A stretch of DNA of 24,000 nt from an uncultured Granulosicoccaceae bacterium (lineage in GTDB: Bacteria; Pseudomonadota; Gammaproteobacteria; Granulosicoccales; Granulosicoccaceae): assembly GCA_964573105.1 (NCBI GenBank), contig CAZNIS010000012.1, positions 74,095-98,094 on the forward strand. The letters run 5' to 3'. Shown one piece after another: positions 22,437 through 24,000 of the stretch. Position numbers and translations under genes: made by a program. The notes below the pieces were generated by a model. The model did not search any database. It had not been told where the DNA came from and saw nothing but the letters and a program-made list of their open reading frames with translations. Numbering within the stretch: the stretch's first letter is position 1; each line of letters opens with the position of its first letter.

Positions 22437-23134
22437 TCGCGAGCACCGCGCGCCTGGCTGATGTTATCCCACAGCGTGTGGTTGTCAATCATCTGTGTGG
22501 CCGCCACTGACAGCAGATTCAGTATCGCAAACGCCCAGAACGATAGCCCCAGCTCAATGCTCGCCATGGTCGCCAGTTTCACCAGCGAGACGATGGTGCC
22601 GAGGAAATAGATCTCCATCATGCTCCACGGGGACATCCAGACAATCGCGCGAAACACGCGCTCGATGCCCTGCCAGTGCTGACCCAATCGCAGTGGCAGC
22701 AATATGTACAACAGGCCCGACATGCGCAGCAGCGGAATCGCCAGAATAAACGCCAGACACAGCGCCGCCAGCAGCCACATGCCCTCGGCCGACAGCGCAA
22801 ACACTGCCGATATCACCGAAATACTCTGATGATTTCCCGACACGCTGATGGTCAGAAACGGAAACGCATTGGCGATGATAAACATCACCAGCGCCGCCAC
22901 CGTAAACGCCAGCGATCGATCGATACTGTTTTCCTTGTGCGCGTAGAGCCATGCCTCACAGCGCGCACACCGCGCGCGCTCACCCGGTTGCAACACCGTT
23001 TTTCGATGCAGCAGATCGCACTGGTGGCAAGCCACCAGATCCGGCGCTACAGACATCGACTTAACAGGATCTTCGGAAACGTGTGTTGTCATCACAGAGG
23101 GGTAGTTCCGACCCGGATTGGTTGTCTGATCCAC
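22433..23134 (-). CDS. pqiA: PqiA-domain membrane protein, first half-size gene
   Basis: CHQCD...CARCE pair followed by hydrophobic helices. The ORF-track start is GTG 23134. In-frame ATGs at 23092 and 23056 are alternatives, so the start is uncertain. Confidence 0.8.
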   Translation of the reverse strand: MDQTTNPGRNYPSVMTTHVSEDPVKSMSVAPDLVACHQCDLLHRKTVLQPGERARCARCEAWLYAHKENSIDRSLAFTVAALVMFIIANAFPFLTISVSGNHQSISVISAVFALSAEGMWLLAALCLAFILAIPLLRMSGLLYILLPLRLGQHWQGIERVFRAIVWMSPWSMMEIYFLGTIVSLVKLATMASIELGLSFWAFAILNLLSVAATQMIDNHTLWDNISQARGARE

Positions 23135-23232
23135 AAAAAGACGATCAATTCAGCAATCCCGGATCGGTGCAAAGGGTGTTAGCGCTATCAAAAATGCGGC
23201 CAATTGTGGGCAAAATCAAAAATCAGCATACG

Positions 23233-23276
23233 TTTGGTGGCGATCACACTGCTTAGGGGCCAAGTGACCACCCAAA
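23233..23276 (-). terminator. Imperfect long hairpin downstream of the ATPase gene (possible terminator)
   Basis: On the minus strand TTTGGGTGGTCAC ... GTGATCGCCACCAAA (bulged), with T-rich GATTTTTGATTTTG ~10 nt further on. It lies between the stop at 23298 and the pqiA promoter region. Confidence 0.3.
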
Positions 23277-23297
23277 GTTCCGCCGCTTTCGAGCTGG

Positions 23298-24000
23298 TCA
23301 GTGACCCAGATACAAATGATCCTGACCCTCGATGCGCGTCTCGCCATCGTGCATATAAAGATTGACCGGTGGCTCGCCTGACAGCGCGCCAAGTGCCTCG
23401 ACTAAGGCTTTCGCATGGGTGACCACCATGATCTGCGACGCTTGCGATGCCCGATGGATCAATCGCGCAAGCGCGGGCAACAGATCCGGGTGCAGACTGG
23501 TTTCAGGCTCATTCAGTGCTAAAAACGCTGGCGGTCGCGGACTCAGCAACGCTGCAATCAAGCACAAATAGCGCAACGTGCCGTCTGACAGTTCCGCCGC
23601 CATGAACGGCCGATTGATCCCGTCTTTGCGCAAGCCAAAGGCAAATAGCCCTCCGCCCGCCTCGACAATCAAACGGCTGTCAGCAAAGGCATCGGTCACC
23701 GATTCATACAGCCCCTGCTCATCGCCAATCTCGATAATCGTCTGCAGCGCCGCCGCGAGATCCGAACCATCATCAGACAAAACCGGCGTGCGCACCCCGA
23801 CCTGCTGGCGACGCTGGGCGGCGCGCGTCTCGGTAGAAAACGTATGATAGAAACGCCAGCCCAGCAACGTCTGGCGAAGCGCGGATGCCTCCGGGTACAG
23901 ATGTGGCTCCTGCAACTGCGCAAGGACCGATTCCGACCCCAGCAGCACCGCTGGATAAGTCACCGTATCGCCATTCATGTCATGTAGCCAGGCGCTACCC
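23298..24000 (-). CDS. AAA_21/ABC-like ATPase (COG4637-type), N-terminus beyond the window edge
   Basis: The reading frame stays open upstream of the ORF-track Met (23978) to base 23999 (..GSAWLHD-MNGD..), so the gene is truncated by the window. ELSDGTLRYLCLIAALL (signature-like), PAFLALNEPETSLHP (Walker B/D-loop) and IMVVTHAKAL (H-loop) are present. The Walker A would lie outside the window. Confidence 0.75.
   Translation of the reverse strand, partial: GSAWLHDMNGDTVTYPAVLLGSESVLAQLQEPHLYPEASALRQTLLGWRFYHTFSTETRAAQRRQQVGVRTPVLSDDGSDLAAALQTIIEIGDEQGLYESVTDAFADSRLIVEAGGGLFAFGLRKDGINRPFMAAELSDGTLRYLCLIAALLSPRPPAFLALNEPETSLHPDLLPALARLIHRASQASQIMVVTHAKALVEALGALSGEPPVNLYMHDGETRIEGQDHLYLGH

Noticed and set aside
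1-24000. Search for tRNA, rRNA, CRISPR arrays, IS elements, integrases, prophage or integron features
   Set aside because: I found no cloverleaf-like or rRNA-like sequence, no regularly spaced direct repeats, and no transposase or integrase-like ORFs or terminal inverted repeats. The only repeats are intragenic protein repeats and paralogous genes.

Overview
Chromosomal-looking window. GC is moderately high by eye (not computed), and the gene content suggests a Gram-negative, probably marine gammaproteobacterium; that is inference only. I saw no rRNA, tRNA, CRISPR array, transposase or integrase. Left to right: (1) the 3' end of an OmpA-like peptidoglycan-binding gene is translationally coupled to a 1277-aa single-TM giant coiled-coil protein. 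A terminator, a hairpin pair and a possible 49-aa membrane mini-ORF follow. (2) One ORF on the minus strand fuses acetate kinase to a PduL-type phosphotransacylase. (3) A secreted beta-propeller lipoprotein is transcribed divergently from an HTH-containing protein and an overlapping orphan lipoprotein. The shared AT-rich control region holds two TGGG-N8-CCCA sites and a TATAAT 7 nt before the ATG, a leaderless layout. (4) DUF1223 thioredoxin-like protein and a catalytic-domain-only AMP-nucleosidase-like protein. (5) Four tandem minus-strand paralogs of a SASA/SGNH (sialate O-acetylesterase-like) secreted esterase. Each has a different N-terminal module; one carries five Cys-bracketed DPDGDG repeats. 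(6) A class-III aminotransferase. (7) A pqi operon with pqiA split into two overlapping genes, then pqiB and pqiC. (8) An AAA_21-type ATPase cut by the right edge. Best candidates for undescribed biology: the OmpA-like + giant coiled-coil pair, the esterase paralog array with its linker motifs, the beta-propeller/HTH/lipoprotein divergon, and the AckA-PduL fusion. All family calls come from motif recognition by eye; no database search was possible.
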